Shown: positions 51,074-60,913 of the stretch, in pieces | Layout of the letters: each line of letters opens with the position of its first letter | How positions within the stretch are numbered: the stretch's first letter is position 1 | Source of the DNA: Candidatus Latescibacterota bacterium | Lineage (GTDB): Bacteria > Latescibacterota > UBA2968 > UBA8231 | Reading direction: 5' to 3' | NCBI GenBank assembly: GCA_965243025.1 | Contig: CBDETY010000003.1 | Location: 1,248,001-1,312,000, forward strand | DNA: 64,000 nt | Position numbers and translations under genes: made by a program | Notes under the pieces: generated by a model | The model's database searches: none | Told to the model about the DNA's origin: nothing | Seen by the model: only the letters and a program-made list of their open reading frames with translations

Positions 51074-51940
51074 TCAGGCCGCTTCGGGCAGGTTCTCCGG
51101 CATGTTCTCCAGCCTCGTCAGCCAGTAGTGGGCGTCGAAGTTCCCGTCGCCCGTCAGAAACCTCCACAGCTTGATCCTGTTGACGATCTCGAGGCGCCCG
51201 TCGGCCGCCTCGAACCAGGGTTCCTGCCGGTTGAGGATCGTCGGGATGCTGTCTTCCTCGTGGCTCGAGCCGCCGTAGATGATCTCCGGCGCCCCCCCTT
51301 CGTCAAGGTCGTCGGTGTTCCACAGCCGCAGCTGCCTCACCGCGGGGTTCAGGCGGATCTTGAACATGTAGCGGACCCGTTCGGTCCTGTTCTGGCGCCC
51401 GCAGTGCCAGATGCCGTGGTGGACGACCGCGAGGGTGCCGGCCCCGCACACCATCGGCAGCTGCCCGAGGAAGTTCTGGTAGCGGCCGACGTCGAGCTCG
51501 TTGACGCGGCGGAAGTGGCTTCCCGGCAGCAGCATGGTTCCCCCCATTTCCAGCGGCACGTCGTGCGGGAAGTACATCAGCTGGATGTCGAAGTGCATGC
51601 GCATGTCGATGATGGAGTCGCCGTGCAGTCCCTGGGCATGGCCTTCGTTCGGTTGGCGGACGTGAACGGCCTGATGGTCGAACAGGGGATCGGCCCCGAC
51701 CAGGCTCTGGATGATTCCGTGTATTTCCGGCATCCTCAGCATCTTCCCGACCGGAGAAGGGTCGGGGTAGCAATTCGACAACGGCGTGCCGGCGGGCTGG
51801 CTGGCAATGCCGCCCCCGTCGATCTCGGCGATCACCGCCCGGTTGATCTCGTCCGGTACGATTTCGTCGAACTGAAGCACCCCGCGGGCCGCGAATTCGG
51901 CCATCTGTTTCGAGTTGAGCAGGTACTGTTTGCCGGCCAT
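51074..51940 (-). CDS. PhyH-family dioxygenase
   Basis: LHGD, GGTMLLPGSH, IWHC, N.T..RYM. Confidence 0.85.
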   Translation of the reverse strand: MAGKQYLLNSKQMAEFAARGVLQFDEIVPDEINRAVIAEIDGGGIASQPAGTPLSNCYPDPSPVGKMLRMPEIHGIIQSLVGADPLFDHQAVHVRQPNEGHAQGLHGDSIIDMRMHFDIQLMYFPHDVPLEMGGTMLLPGSHFRRVNELDVGRYQNFLGQLPMVCGAGTLAVVHHGIWHCGRQNRTERVRYMFKIRLNPAVRQLRLWNTDDLDEGGAPEIIYGGSSHEEDSIPTILNRQEPWFEAADGRLEIVNRIKLWRFLTGDGNFDAHYWLTRLENMPENLPEAA

Positions 51941-52230
51941 CAGTCGATCTCCTCCAGTTTCTCGAAAATGAACTCGTTCTTTTGAAACGACGTGGTGTAC
52001 TCGGTGCCGGGGTAGGGGGGGATGAGCTGCGGGAACTGGATCACCCTCCACCCGTCGAGCAGGGCGTCGAGTCCGGTCTCGTACGGGGGTTCGGTGCTGT
52101 CGCCGGTGGTGTGGTGTCCCTTGCCCGTACCGTCGTAAAAAGTCCATCCCTTGACCGGGCTGTCGAGCGCCGAGTAGGACAAGTAGAGAATCATCACCTT
52201 CTGTCTGCGCTCCGGCATCTCCTTCTCCAT
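51940..52230 (-). CDS. Small hypothetical protein coupled to the PhyH gene
   Basis: Stop overlaps PhyH ATG; PYETGLDALLDGWRVIQFP, EFIFEKL. Confidence 0.7.
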   Translation of the reverse strand: MEKEMPERRQKVMILYLSYSALDSPVKGWTFYDGTGKGHHTTGDSTEPPYETGLDALLDGWRVIQFPQLIPPYPGTEYTTSFQKNEFIFEKLEEID

Positions 52231-52300
52231 CCCCCAACTGGTTGGGATCCAGCGGTCCGTCTCCTGTTCCCTAAATGATAAGCACTCCCGGTCAGGGCCG

Positions 52301-53506
52301 TCAGGCCGATGCGGGGGCAGCCGGAAGGCTGCCGGGGGCGCGGTCCCGGATCGGCAGGTGGACGATTGCGGCCACGACTCCGAGCGCGATGGCGCCCACC
52401 CAGACAGCGTCGTAGGAACCGGTGGCGTCGTAGATGCGGCCGCCGAGCCAGACCCCGAGGAAGGCGCCGACCTGGTGGCTGAAAAAGACGATCCCGTAGA
52501 GCGAGGAGAGCCTGGCGGGACCGAATATCTGGGCGACGGTACCGCTGGTCAGCGGCACTGTCGCCAACCAGAGGAACCCGATGGCGCAGGCGAAGACCAG
52601 GGCTGTCGCGGTGGTGACGGGCACCACCAGAAAGCCGCTGATGACCAGGGCCCGGGCGAAGTAGAGGAAGCTGAGGAGGTATTTCTTGCGGTAGCGGTCG
52701 CCGAGCCGGCCGAAGAGATAAGATCCCCCCATGTTGAACAGCCCGATCAGGGCGAGGGCGGCCGCCGCGGCCATCTCGGGGAGCCCGTGATCCCCGAGGT
52801 AGGCCGGCAGATGGGTGGCTATGAAAGCGACGTGAAAACCGCACACGAAGAAGCCGGCGTTGAGCAGGAGGTAGCCGGAATGCCGGCCCGCCCGGGAGAG
52901 CATGCGGGAGAAGCCTTCCTCGATGTCGGAGGTTTGGCCCCCTTCTCCTTGCCTCGGCGCCGGAGGGAATCCGGTTGCGAACAGGCCGATGGCGGCCACG
53001 ACCGCCGCGGCGTACAGGAGGGTAGCCTGCCAGGATACCGTGTCGATCAGCCACTGGATCAGCGGGACGACGGCGAAGGTGCCGAACGAACCGGCAGCGG
53101 TTACGATGCCGAAGGAAGTCGCCCTTTTTTCGGCGGGTACCACCCGGGCGACGGCGCCGAGAAGGACGACGTAGGAGGTGGCGCTGAGAGCGAACCCGAT
53201 CAGGGCTCCCAGAGAGAGGAAGGTCAGCCAGGGAGCGGCAGCAAGGGCGAGCAGGACGAAGCCGGCCGCGTACAGGAAGGCGCCGGCGGCCACCACCCGG
53301 CGCGGCCCCACGCGGTCGGCGAGCATGCCCGCGAGCGGCAGCCCGAACAGGAGGTTCTGTAGGGCCATGGCCAGGCTGAAGGTCTCCCGGCCGGTCGACA
53401 GCGCCTCCGTCACCGGCTGCAGGAACAGTCCGAACGACTGCCTTGCCCCCATGGAGATGGCGACGATGACCGCACTGACCAGGATGACGAGGGTGGACTT
53501 TTTCAA
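52301..53506 (-). CDS. MFS transporter
   Basis: 12 TM pattern, G.LADRVGPR, GFFVCGFH, SHQVGAFLG. Confidence 0.92.
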   Translation of the reverse strand: MKKSTLVILVSAVIVAISMGARQSFGLFLQPVTEALSTGRETFSLAMALQNLLFGLPLAGMLADRVGPRRVVAAGAFLYAAGFVLLALAAAPWLTFLSLGALIGFALSATSYVVLLGAVARVVPAEKRATSFGIVTAAGSFGTFAVVPLIQWLIDTVSWQATLLYAAAVVAAIGLFATGFPPAPRQGEGGQTSDIEEGFSRMLSRAGRHSGYLLLNAGFFVCGFHVAFIATHLPAYLGDHGLPEMAAAAALALIGLFNMGGSYLFGRLGDRYRKKYLLSFLYFARALVISGFLVVPVTTATALVFACAIGFLWLATVPLTSGTVAQIFGPARLSSLYGIVFFSHQVGAFLGVWLGGRIYDATGSYDAVWVGAIALGVVAAIVHLPIRDRAPGSLPAAPASA

Positions 53507-53732
53507 AGCCGGGGGATCCGGAAGGACTCAGCAGTGCGTTGCGGCCTGTAACCGGAAACCGGCGAACGCCGCAACAATCTCGGGCGGATGTCGACAGAAC
53601 CCGGATTCGGCAAGGAACCTCGTCAACTCGGGGAGGTGAGGGGTGGGGGCTTGGGGCTTGGAAGGGCGCCGGACAGGGGGGCAGCCTTCAGACATGCCCC
53701 CGGGGGGCTGCCTCCTGCCGGCTTCTCTACGG

Positions 53733-54602
53733 TCAGGCGAAATACATCTCGCCGGTAAATGGCAGGGGCTCGGAAGGCCGTTCGTAATGGATCTGCTTCG
53801 GAGTCCTTTCGATTGCCGCCGCCCACTGGTCGCGCCAGTCCTCGTAGCGGGTCTCCAATGCCGGGTCGCTGCGGCTGCGAACCACGCTGCTGGGCCACTC
53901 CGGCCGCGGTGACGGCTCCCCCGTCTTCTGGTAACGCAGGTCCATGCTCCAGCGCACCGCGTCGGTGTTGTTGGGGCCGGAGCCGTGCGGGGTCAGCTTG
54001 TGCACGAACAGCACGTCTCCCTTTTTCATCGGCAGCGTCACCTTTTCGACGTCGGGGAGGTCGCGGTTGTAGGTCCAGTAGACCACGCGGTTGCGGTGCA
54101 CCCGCGGCAGGACCTGCAGGCAGCCGTTCTCCTCGGTGGCGTCGACCAGCGGCACCCAGACCGTCACCTGCAGGATGCCCGCCGCTTCCCGGGTGGTGAA
54201 TACGGCGTCCTGGTGGAAGACGACGTCGGTCGAGGGCATCTTCGGGCGCACGTGGGACACCGCGTTGCAGCTGATTTCCGGACCGATGAAGGGCTCGATG
54301 AGATCGACGAGGTTGTCGTTTCGCAGGAACTCGAAGGTGGCGCGGCGGCGCGTTACGCCGATATCGGGGCAGCCGTTGACCTGGTCGCAGTCGTCGGCCA
54401 GCCTGGCGAGGCGGGTTTCGAAGGGCTCGTCCTCGTGGAGGTCGTCGATCTCGCCGCGGTCGTGGAGACCGCGGGCGATCTCGTCGACGATGGCGTCGTG
54501 GTCCTGAATCAGGGGCTCGAGATCGGCGTCTGTGAGTCCTCCTTCGACGATGACGTACCCTTCTTCCTTGAAGAAGTCGATATGTTGAGCGGTGGTCTGC
54601 AT
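53733..54602 (-). CDS. PhyH-family dioxygenase
   Basis: FHQD, DATEENGCLQVLP, HGSGPN, RWSMDLRY. Confidence 0.9.
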   Translation of the reverse strand: MQTTAQHIDFFKEEGYVIVEGGLTDADLEPLIQDHDAIVDEIARGLHDRGEIDDLHEDEPFETRLARLADDCDQVNGCPDIGVTRRRATFEFLRNDNLVDLIEPFIGPEISCNAVSHVRPKMPSTDVVFHQDAVFTTREAAGILQVTVWVPLVDATEENGCLQVLPRVHRNRVVYWTYNRDLPDVEKVTLPMKKGDVLFVHKLTPHGSGPNNTDAVRWSMDLRYQKTGEPSPRPEWPSSVVRSRSDPALETRYEDWRDQWAAAIERTPKQIHYERPSEPLPFTGEMYFA

Positions 54603-54715
54603 GTCGGCTCCGGGGTTTACGTGACTTTTTTCAATTCGCAGGCCTGCGTTTGTCCGCAGGCCACCTGAAGATAGCGAAATAGCGATCCGCCCCACCAAAA
54701 CCGAAGGAGCATACG

Positions 54716-55501
54716 ATGCCCGATCCACACTCCCTGGAAGGGAAGAAAGCACTGGTGACCGGAGGCAAGCGCCGCATCGGCAGGGGGATCGCCCTGTCGC
54801 TGGCGGAGGCCGGCTGCGATGTCGGCATCAACGACCTCGTAGAAGACGCCGACGCCGGGGAGACCCTGCGCCTGATCGGAGAGCGCGGCCGCGAGGCGGC
54901 GTTCTTTGCCGCCGACATCTCCGACAGCGCCCAGGTCGAGAGCATGTTCACCGGGTTCCTCGCGCGCTTCGGCCGCATCGACATCCTCGTGAACAACCCC
55001 TACGGCGGCACCGGACAGCAGTTTCTCGAGCTCACCGAGGAGAACTGGGACGCCAATCTCGATGTCGGCCTGAAGGGGTTCTTCCTGTGCAGCCAGCAGG
55101 CCGCCCGGGCCATGGTCGATCAGGGGGAGGGGGGCTGCATCGTCAGCACCTCCTCCGTTCACGCGGAGCGCGCCTGGAGGGGAGACACCGCTTACGGCGC
55201 CGCCAAGGCTGGAGTCCTTCGCCTTACCGAGAGCATGGCCGTCGACCTCGGCGTGCACGGCATCCGCTGCAACGCCGTCATGCCCGGCCACATGAACACC
55301 GACCACGTGATTGGGACGCCGCCTCCGGAAAGGGGGAGCATCGGTGAGAGCCTGTTCTCTTCAGTGCCCCTGCGGCGCCGCGGCACCCCGGAGGACATCG
55401 GCCGGGCGGTCGCCTTTCTCTGCTCGCCTGCCGCGGGCTGCATTACCGGGGTATCGCTGGCCGTCGACGGCGGCCTGCTGGCAACGGGGCCGGGGGACTA
55501 G
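54716..55501 (+). CDS. Short-chain dehydrogenase/reductase
   Basis: ALVTGG.RRIG, DILVNN, YGAAK, ITG..L.VDGG. Confidence 0.93.
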   Translation: MPDPHSLEGKKALVTGGKRRIGRGIALSLAEAGCDVGINDLVEDADAGETLRLIGERGREAAFFAADISDSAQVESMFTGFLARFGRIDILVNNPYGGTGQQFLELTEENWDANLDVGLKGFFLCSQQAARAMVDQGEGGCIVSTSSVHAERAWRGDTAYGAAKAGVLRLTESMAVDLGVHGIRCNAVMPGHMNTDHVIGTPPPERGSIGESLFSSVPLRRRGTPEDIGRAVAFLCSPAAGCITGVSLAVDGGLLATGPGD

Positions 55502-55662
55502 TGCCCCGTCGCAGAGATAGATTGACAAAATTGGGATGCCGAGGCGCCCGGCTCACAAGGCGCCTGAGCGAGTCGTACCGAGGGTGTACGGCGAGCGAAG
55601 GCAACGCCGTGAGCCGGGATGGATCGGCGTCCCAATGTCGAGATATTTCTGCGCCGGGGCAC
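55501..55662. mobile_element. 162-bp palindromic MITE with IS630-like ends
   Basis: Nested inverted repeats across its length; TA on left; end nearly identical to the IS630 end at 60915. Confidence 0.75.
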
Positions 55663-55679
55663 TTGGCAGGAGTCAGGCC

Positions 55680-56693
55680 GTGACCGCGGAAAACACCTGG
55701 ATGCAGCTGCGCAGCAGGAACAAGGACTGCGGGGCGGTATTCGACAAACCGTTTCCCGTCGGCACCGAGTACTACCGGCCGCCGACGCCGGCGCCGGAGT
55801 TCTGGGACGGCGATTTCCGCCGCATCAGCGCCGCCGGCATGAGCATCGTGCGCGTCTGGTACAGCTGGAACTGGGTCGAGACCCTGCCAAACCGCTACGA
55901 GTTCGACGACCTCGACCTGCTGTTCGACACCGCGGCGAAACACCGGCTCAAGGTGTGGCTCGACACCCCGCTTGGAACCCATATGGCCGCTCCGGCCTGG
56001 ATGCTGCGCGAGCACCCCGACATGCGCGCCGTCTGGCGGGACGGCAGCGTGCAGCAGGACCTGGCCGGGGACTTTTCCCCCCATGGCAGCATGACCCACA
56101 ACTTCGACCACCCGATGTGGCGGGTGTACGTCGAGCGCTACCTGCGCCAGCTGGTGCCCCGTTACAGGGACCACGAGGCGATGGGGATCTGGGGCACCTG
56201 GGACGGGATCAGCTACGCCGCCGCCTGGACCGCGTCCGAGCCGTACCCACCCTACAACGACTACACCATCGCCAGGTACAAGGACTGGCTGTACCGGCGT
56301 TTCACCCTCGACGAGCTGAACGCGAAACTGCTGCGCCGCTACCGCTCCTGGGAGGACGTGCAGCCGCCGCGCAGCAACGCCGCCATCGTCGAGATGCTCC
56401 TGTACCGGCAGTTCCACTTCGAGAACATGGCGGACCATCTCGGCTGGATGGCCGACCTCGTCGACCGACTCGACGGCCGCCACGAGCAGCGCTCGCACGG
56501 GGGCTCCTATCCGATGCCTCACAACGAGACGGTGAGCCCGGTGATCGACAGCTGGGGCCTGTCCCACCACTCCGGCGACCGCCTGACGAGCGGCGATCCG
56601 TACAGCCTTGCCTGCGAGGCCTACGGCTTTCACTGGTGCCGGGCAATGGGGCGGAACGGCCGCTGGTGGAACGAGGGGGAATTATCTAGATAA
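55680..56693 (+). pseudogene. Beta-galactosidase (GH42-like), 3'-truncated
   Basis: GTEYY, W..D...I..AG...VR..SW..VE...YEFD.LD, P.WM..EHPD; sequence turns AT-rich right after WWNE. Confidence 0.8.
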
Positions 56694-56700
56694 CTGCGCA
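56677..56700 (+). repeat. Probable IS1595 terminal repeat (partner not in window)
   Basis: GGGAATTAT at the truncation point resembles the GGAACTTAT end of the first element. Confidence 0.5.
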
Positions 56701-56872
56701 AGGTAATTTTAGTGATCTCATCCGCGAATTTAAAGAAAATCTGGTATAATATAATAGAGAAAATGCAGAGAACCGGACATCCCCCTGTCCCCCTGCTTTA
56801 ACCGGGAGATGGGGGATGTCGGCAGGCTGACCATTCCGGGATGATTCCGTGCTGATCCAGAAGCCTGCCAGA

Positions 56873-57290
56873 TTGGCACCCTGAATCGGAAGGCCACCGC
56901 CCTGATCGTGGAGGGATGCGCGGATTCCCCCTGAGTTTCGCAAAGCCGTCGTCGTCGAGGTGAGGAGGGCATCATTCGGTTTGGTCGATAAGATGGCAAG
57001 GCCGGCTGGATCTCATTCCTGGATCGAAAGGCCGGGATCTGATCGAGGAGGGAACCGGGACTCCTGCCTGATCTGAGTCGGCGACTCGCAACCGCATATC
57101 ATGGCGTTCTCATAGTCAGGCAGTCTGCATCCGGACTCGTACGCACGTCCCCCCGGGAAGTCGGCACCGTGGATCGGAGGTGGCCACCACTCTGATCGAG
57201 GAGGGGGATGCCCGAACTCCCCTGAGTCTGCAAATCCGTCGTCGCCGAGGTGAGGAGGAAGTCATCCCGTTTGGTCGACAAGATGGCAAG
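56873..57290. repeat. Imperfect about 130-bp direct repeat (56873-57000, 57161-57290) plus partial copy at 57020-57075
   Basis: Shared GGCCACC...CTGATCG.GGAGGG...CCGTCGTCG.CGAGGTGAGGAGG...GTTTGGTCGA.AAGATGGCAAG. Confidence 0.85.
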
Positions 57291-57479
57291 CAGGTGACGG
57301 AGGATTCTCGGGATTCAGGCTGAGCTTCAGGCGCAACAGGGGAGGCAGCCGGCAGGGATGTCGCCTTGCCGACCATTTGGCATGATTCGCCGCTTCCCTC
57401 CACCAGATGAGAATCGATTCCCGTTCCGCCGGCAATGCGCAAGACGGCAGGCACCGGCAGCGGGATGTCGCCTTGCTGA

Positions 57480-58475
57480 CTATTCGAACAGCTTCGCCCT
57501 TTCCTTCGACCGGTGATGAGTGTAGGGAGTCGGAGGAACCTCCGTCGCCAGCAGATCCCGGTAGGTCAGCCGCTTCCGCATCATCCGCGCGGTCAGGTAC
57601 CTCATCTGCTCGTCGGGGTCCAGGTTGCGGATGTTGTGCCTGCCTGTGATCTCCTTGAGGTATCGGGGCAGATACTTGGGAGACACGTGGTGGTGGGTCC
57701 CGTATATCGTTCGCTTCGCCTTGGCCCAGAACGATTCCATGCCGTTGGTGTGAACATCCCCTCGGACGTATTCATCCTTGTGGTTGACGGTTTCGTGTCT
57801 TCCCCGCCATCCGAAATTATCGCGAAAGACCGGGGCATTGTCGCTGAAAAGGGTGCCCTCCGGGCGTACGTTTTCCTCGGCGAAGGGGAACACGGTCTCG
57901 CGTGTCTCATCAGGAACCACCTTGGCGGCCACGTCGCCGGTTTCCCGGCACCACATTCCGCTCACCGGGGTACTGCCATACCTCCATTTCCAGTGAAACT
58001 TCTTGTCGGCGTGCCTGTTTTTATCGTCTCCGGCGAACCAGGCTTGATCTATCTCGGCTACCCTGCTGCGCAGCGGTTCGGGATCCGGCCAGGCTTCCCG
58101 GATGCGGTGCAGCAGGAACGAGGCCGACGGATACGCCAGATTCAGGTCGCGGCTCAGCTGCCTGGCGCTGATTCCCTTCGGGTGGGACAGGTGCAGGTAG
58201 ACGGCGGTTGCCCATTTCTCCAAGGGGATCTTGGAGTGCGACATGACCGTTCCGGTGCGCACGCTGAAGCGCTTGCGGCAGCCGCCGCACCAGTAGGGCA
58301 TGGGTTTGCGGCCGGGACATTCCGAGACCCCGCCGGAGCGGCCGCAGCGCGGACAGCGTATGGATTCGGCCAGGCCGTCTGAGGTCTTTCCCAATATGAG
58401 CTGTTCGAACCATTCTTCTGCCGTCGTATTGCCTGAAAAGTTTACCGATAACCAGATACCATTGTCATTATCCAT
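57480..58475 (-). CDS. IS1595-family transposase (divergent)
   Basis: CPRCG...YWCGGC, KGISARQLSRDL, EIDQAW, FSD, HTNGMESFW. Confidence 0.92.
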   Translation of the reverse strand: MDNDNGIWLSVNFSGNTTAEEWFEQLILGKTSDGLAESIRCPRCGRSGGVSECPGRKPMPYWCGGCRKRFSVRTGTVMSHSKIPLEKWATAVYLHLSHPKGISARQLSRDLNLAYPSASFLLHRIREAWPDPEPLRSRVAEIDQAWFAGDDKNRHADKKFHWKWRYGSTPVSGMWCRETGDVAAKVVPDETRETVFPFAEENVRPEGTLFSDNAPVFRDNFGWRGRHETVNHKDEYVRGDVHTNGMESFWAKAKRTIYGTHHHVSPKYLPRYLKEITGRHNIRNLDPDEQMRYLTARMMRKRLTYRDLLATEVPPTPYTHHRSKERAKLFE

Positions 58476-59136
58476 TCCGATTGCCTTCGGGCCGTGGAAT
58501 ACCGTACTGGAGACCTGCGGCCCTTACCAAAAAGTGTGATTCACGCTCCCATGGCTGTCCTTTCGGTTTCAGTGGGATGGTGACTCTGCCGGAATGTCAC
58601 CGACAGATGGGACTGGGGAGCGGCAGTGAATCCTGCCGGCTTCCCGTTGCATGTGCCTCTAGTGTATTCCGGAAAAATTAAAAAAGCAAATCGACTCCCG
58701 AGTTTTTTCGAAAGAGCTCGTAATAACGGCGGAGAACTTTAGTTTCTGAAGGCGGAGGATGGGGCGGCAGGACAGGGGGAGGGAAGAGGTCGGCGGGGAG
58801 GTGCAGGAAGGCTCGATTCAAGGGGACTGAAGCCGGGGTGCGGCGGTCCCCGGCAGCTGGCGAAAACCGAAAGTCGCGCTGCGATCCCGAGGCGGAAAAA
58901 CACGGGTCTGCGGATAATCGAGAGGACGCGGAGGGGCAAATTCTGAAGCGGCCATCGCCGGGGAATCCGGGAGATTTCAGGAACGGCGCGTCGAGGCGCT
59001 GGCTACGGAATTGCGATGGGAGGGTAGCCCGGAAGCTGACGAACCGGCATGGCCGTGAGTGCTCCCTGGCATGGTCTTTTCTGAGGCCCAAGACCGGCAG
59101 GCTCCATCGGAGCATTTCCCGGTTTCCCGGCTGGAA

Positions 59137-59235
59137 CTAAATCCGTTCGGGGGGCCACAGAAGCCGCACCAATAGGGCATGGGCACTGCGAGGTCTGCCC
59201 CGAAAATCCGCAAGCTGGGCAAAGTTCTGCAAGGA
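59137..59235 (-). pseudogene. Remnant of an IS1595 transposase Zn ribbon
   Basis: CPACG and MPYWCGFC in different frames, matching the 57480-58475 N-terminus. Confidence 0.55.
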
Positions 59236-59284
59236 TCGACCTGATGGCCTGTTCTTTGATGACAAGTGCGTCCCCCGGGAGCAT

Positions 59285-59831
59285 TCAAAAGAGGAGCACC
59301 CTGACGGTTCTTTTCGTCTCCGGATGGATGAACTCGCTGTCCTCTCCAGGGGGTTGCGGCGGTGTCCGAGATGGGAGGCGATCATGTCCAGCCGCGGGTC
59401 GAATATGTTGAACACGAGGCGGCCCTCGTAGGCAAATGTTCGCGAATGCGGCCCAGGGCCTGGCGCTGGTCGGCCGGGGTTAGAAGGTGCAGGAACGACC
59501 GGAAGGGGGATGATGACGAGGTTCGGAACTCAGGTCGGAGCGCATGTCCCCTCGACCAGCTCGATGGCTGCCGCGTCGCTTCCCGGAGCCGGGCGACCTT
59601 CTTCCGGGCCGCGGAGGGCATTGCCGGCGAGCTGTCAAGGCCCACCACCGGCACCCCGGCATGGGAAATCGGTATCAGGACTCGCCCCGTGCCTCAGCCC
59701 ACCTCCAGGACCGGCGACCGGGTCTGCCCGGCCTCCTCCACGTAGAAGGCCACGTCGCCGCGCACACCCTCCTGCCCGGCCCACCCGAAGGTGCGGTCGT
59801 AGAGGTCTGCGGCGGCCTCGTAGAAGTCCAT
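59285..59831 (-). pseudogene. Class I SAM methyltransferase pseudogene
   Basis: MDFYEAAADLYD...DVAFY...VLEVG*GTGRV...GLDSSPAM; in-frame TGA at 59694-59696 and several frameshifts. Confidence 0.8.
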
Positions 59832-59940
59832 GGGAGGGGCTGCTGAGCGCGCTTGCCTAAGGCGACGAAAGTGGGGGGAAAAAGGAAGGATCCTCTGCCT
59901 CGCTGCTCAGAGACGCATTCTGTCGAACCGGAAGGGGCCA

Positions 59941-60858
59941 CTATCCGAGAATATCGTGAAGGCGAAGATAGATATCCCCTGTCTGCGAAGCGTGTCTCCT
60001 CTTCCTGAGCAGGAGCTCCACAAGCTCTATGCGACCCTCCAGTACCGCCATTAGATCACTACCATCCATAAGAACCATGAGGCGCCTCCCGCTGGAGTGC
60101 TTTCTTACTGCGTCTTCTGAGAAACCGTTTATCGATAGGAATAGACCGAGTGTGTTTTCCAGTTTCGCGCGAAGCTTCTCGCTAAATACGCTGAGGTCAG
60201 GGGACCCTGACTGCTCGTCACGCCACTTGGCTTCGAATAGGAAATCCACTCCCTCGAAAGAGAATGCCCCGTCGAGTTGCTCACCTATGATTCTGAACGC
60301 AGCTTTCGGATCCAAGTCGAAGAGATCAAACAGTCCGAGCATTAGACGTTCGAGGGCGTAACCACGTTCGGTAGGAGTTTGGCTAAGCAGTTTGTAGTAC
60401 TCCTGTCGCAACTCTCCCAGTCGTTTGCTTACGCCTTCATTCCTGAGCCGTTTTTCTAGGCTTCTCCTTCGCCTTTCTTCGATCCGTTCCTGCTCATCTA
60501 CAAGCGCATGGTGGGCTTCCGACAGTTTGGCTAGTGCTTCGACAGCCTCCTTCGCTCGGCTCTCTTTGACTGCTCCGTCCTCAAGTTGTCGCAGGTGAGT
60601 GAAATCTCTTATTCGCGTGACTTCGGAAATGAGCCGAAGTAAGTCGCCCTGATGCTTGTCTTGATCTCGTGCTAGGAACTCGACAAGCGTCGTGACGATA
60701 TTTCGTTTATAGTCTTCCCAATTCAGGCTGGAGAGTATAGCGGGATTGCTGATAGCATTTAGGAGAAAACTCCGGAGATCAGACTTATACCAGTATACAT
60801 GCGTTAGAGCGTGTTTCAGCGCATTGATAGCTGCGGGAGAAATCAATTTGCGTTCCAT
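59941..60858 (-). CDS. Mrr-like PD-(D/E)xK restriction endonuclease with helical N-terminal domain
   Basis: RGYALE, GEQLDG, LFEAKW, GLFLSINGFS. Confidence 0.85.
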   Translation of the reverse strand: MERKLISPAAINALKHALTHVYWYKSDLRSFLLNAISNPAILSSLNWEDYKRNIVTTLVEFLARDQDKHQGDLLRLISEVTRIRDFTHLRQLEDGAVKESRAKEAVEALAKLSEAHHALVDEQERIEERRRRSLEKRLRNEGVSKRLGELRQEYYKLLSQTPTERGYALERLMLGLFDLFDLDPKAAFRIIGEQLDGAFSFEGVDFLFEAKWRDEQSGSPDLSVFSEKLRAKLENTLGLFLSINGFSEDAVRKHSSGRRLMVLMDGSDLMAVLEGRIELVELLLRKRRHASQTGDIYLRLHDILG

Positions 60859-60913
60859 TTAGATCTTTCTGAGTCCTATCGCTACTTGACCTGCCGAAGG
60901 CATGATGTACCTG

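Noticed and set aside
56873-57481. Possible CRISPR array
   Set aside because: Units too long, degenerate and irregular; no cas genes.
58660-58680. TAGTGTATTCCGGAAAAATTA resembling an IS630 end
   Set aside because: Short match with no partner end or transposase found.
59694-59696. In-frame TGA at the Cys position of GCGTG, possible selenocysteine
   Set aside because: The gene has several further frameshifts and no convincing SECIS; TGC to TGA decay is simpler.
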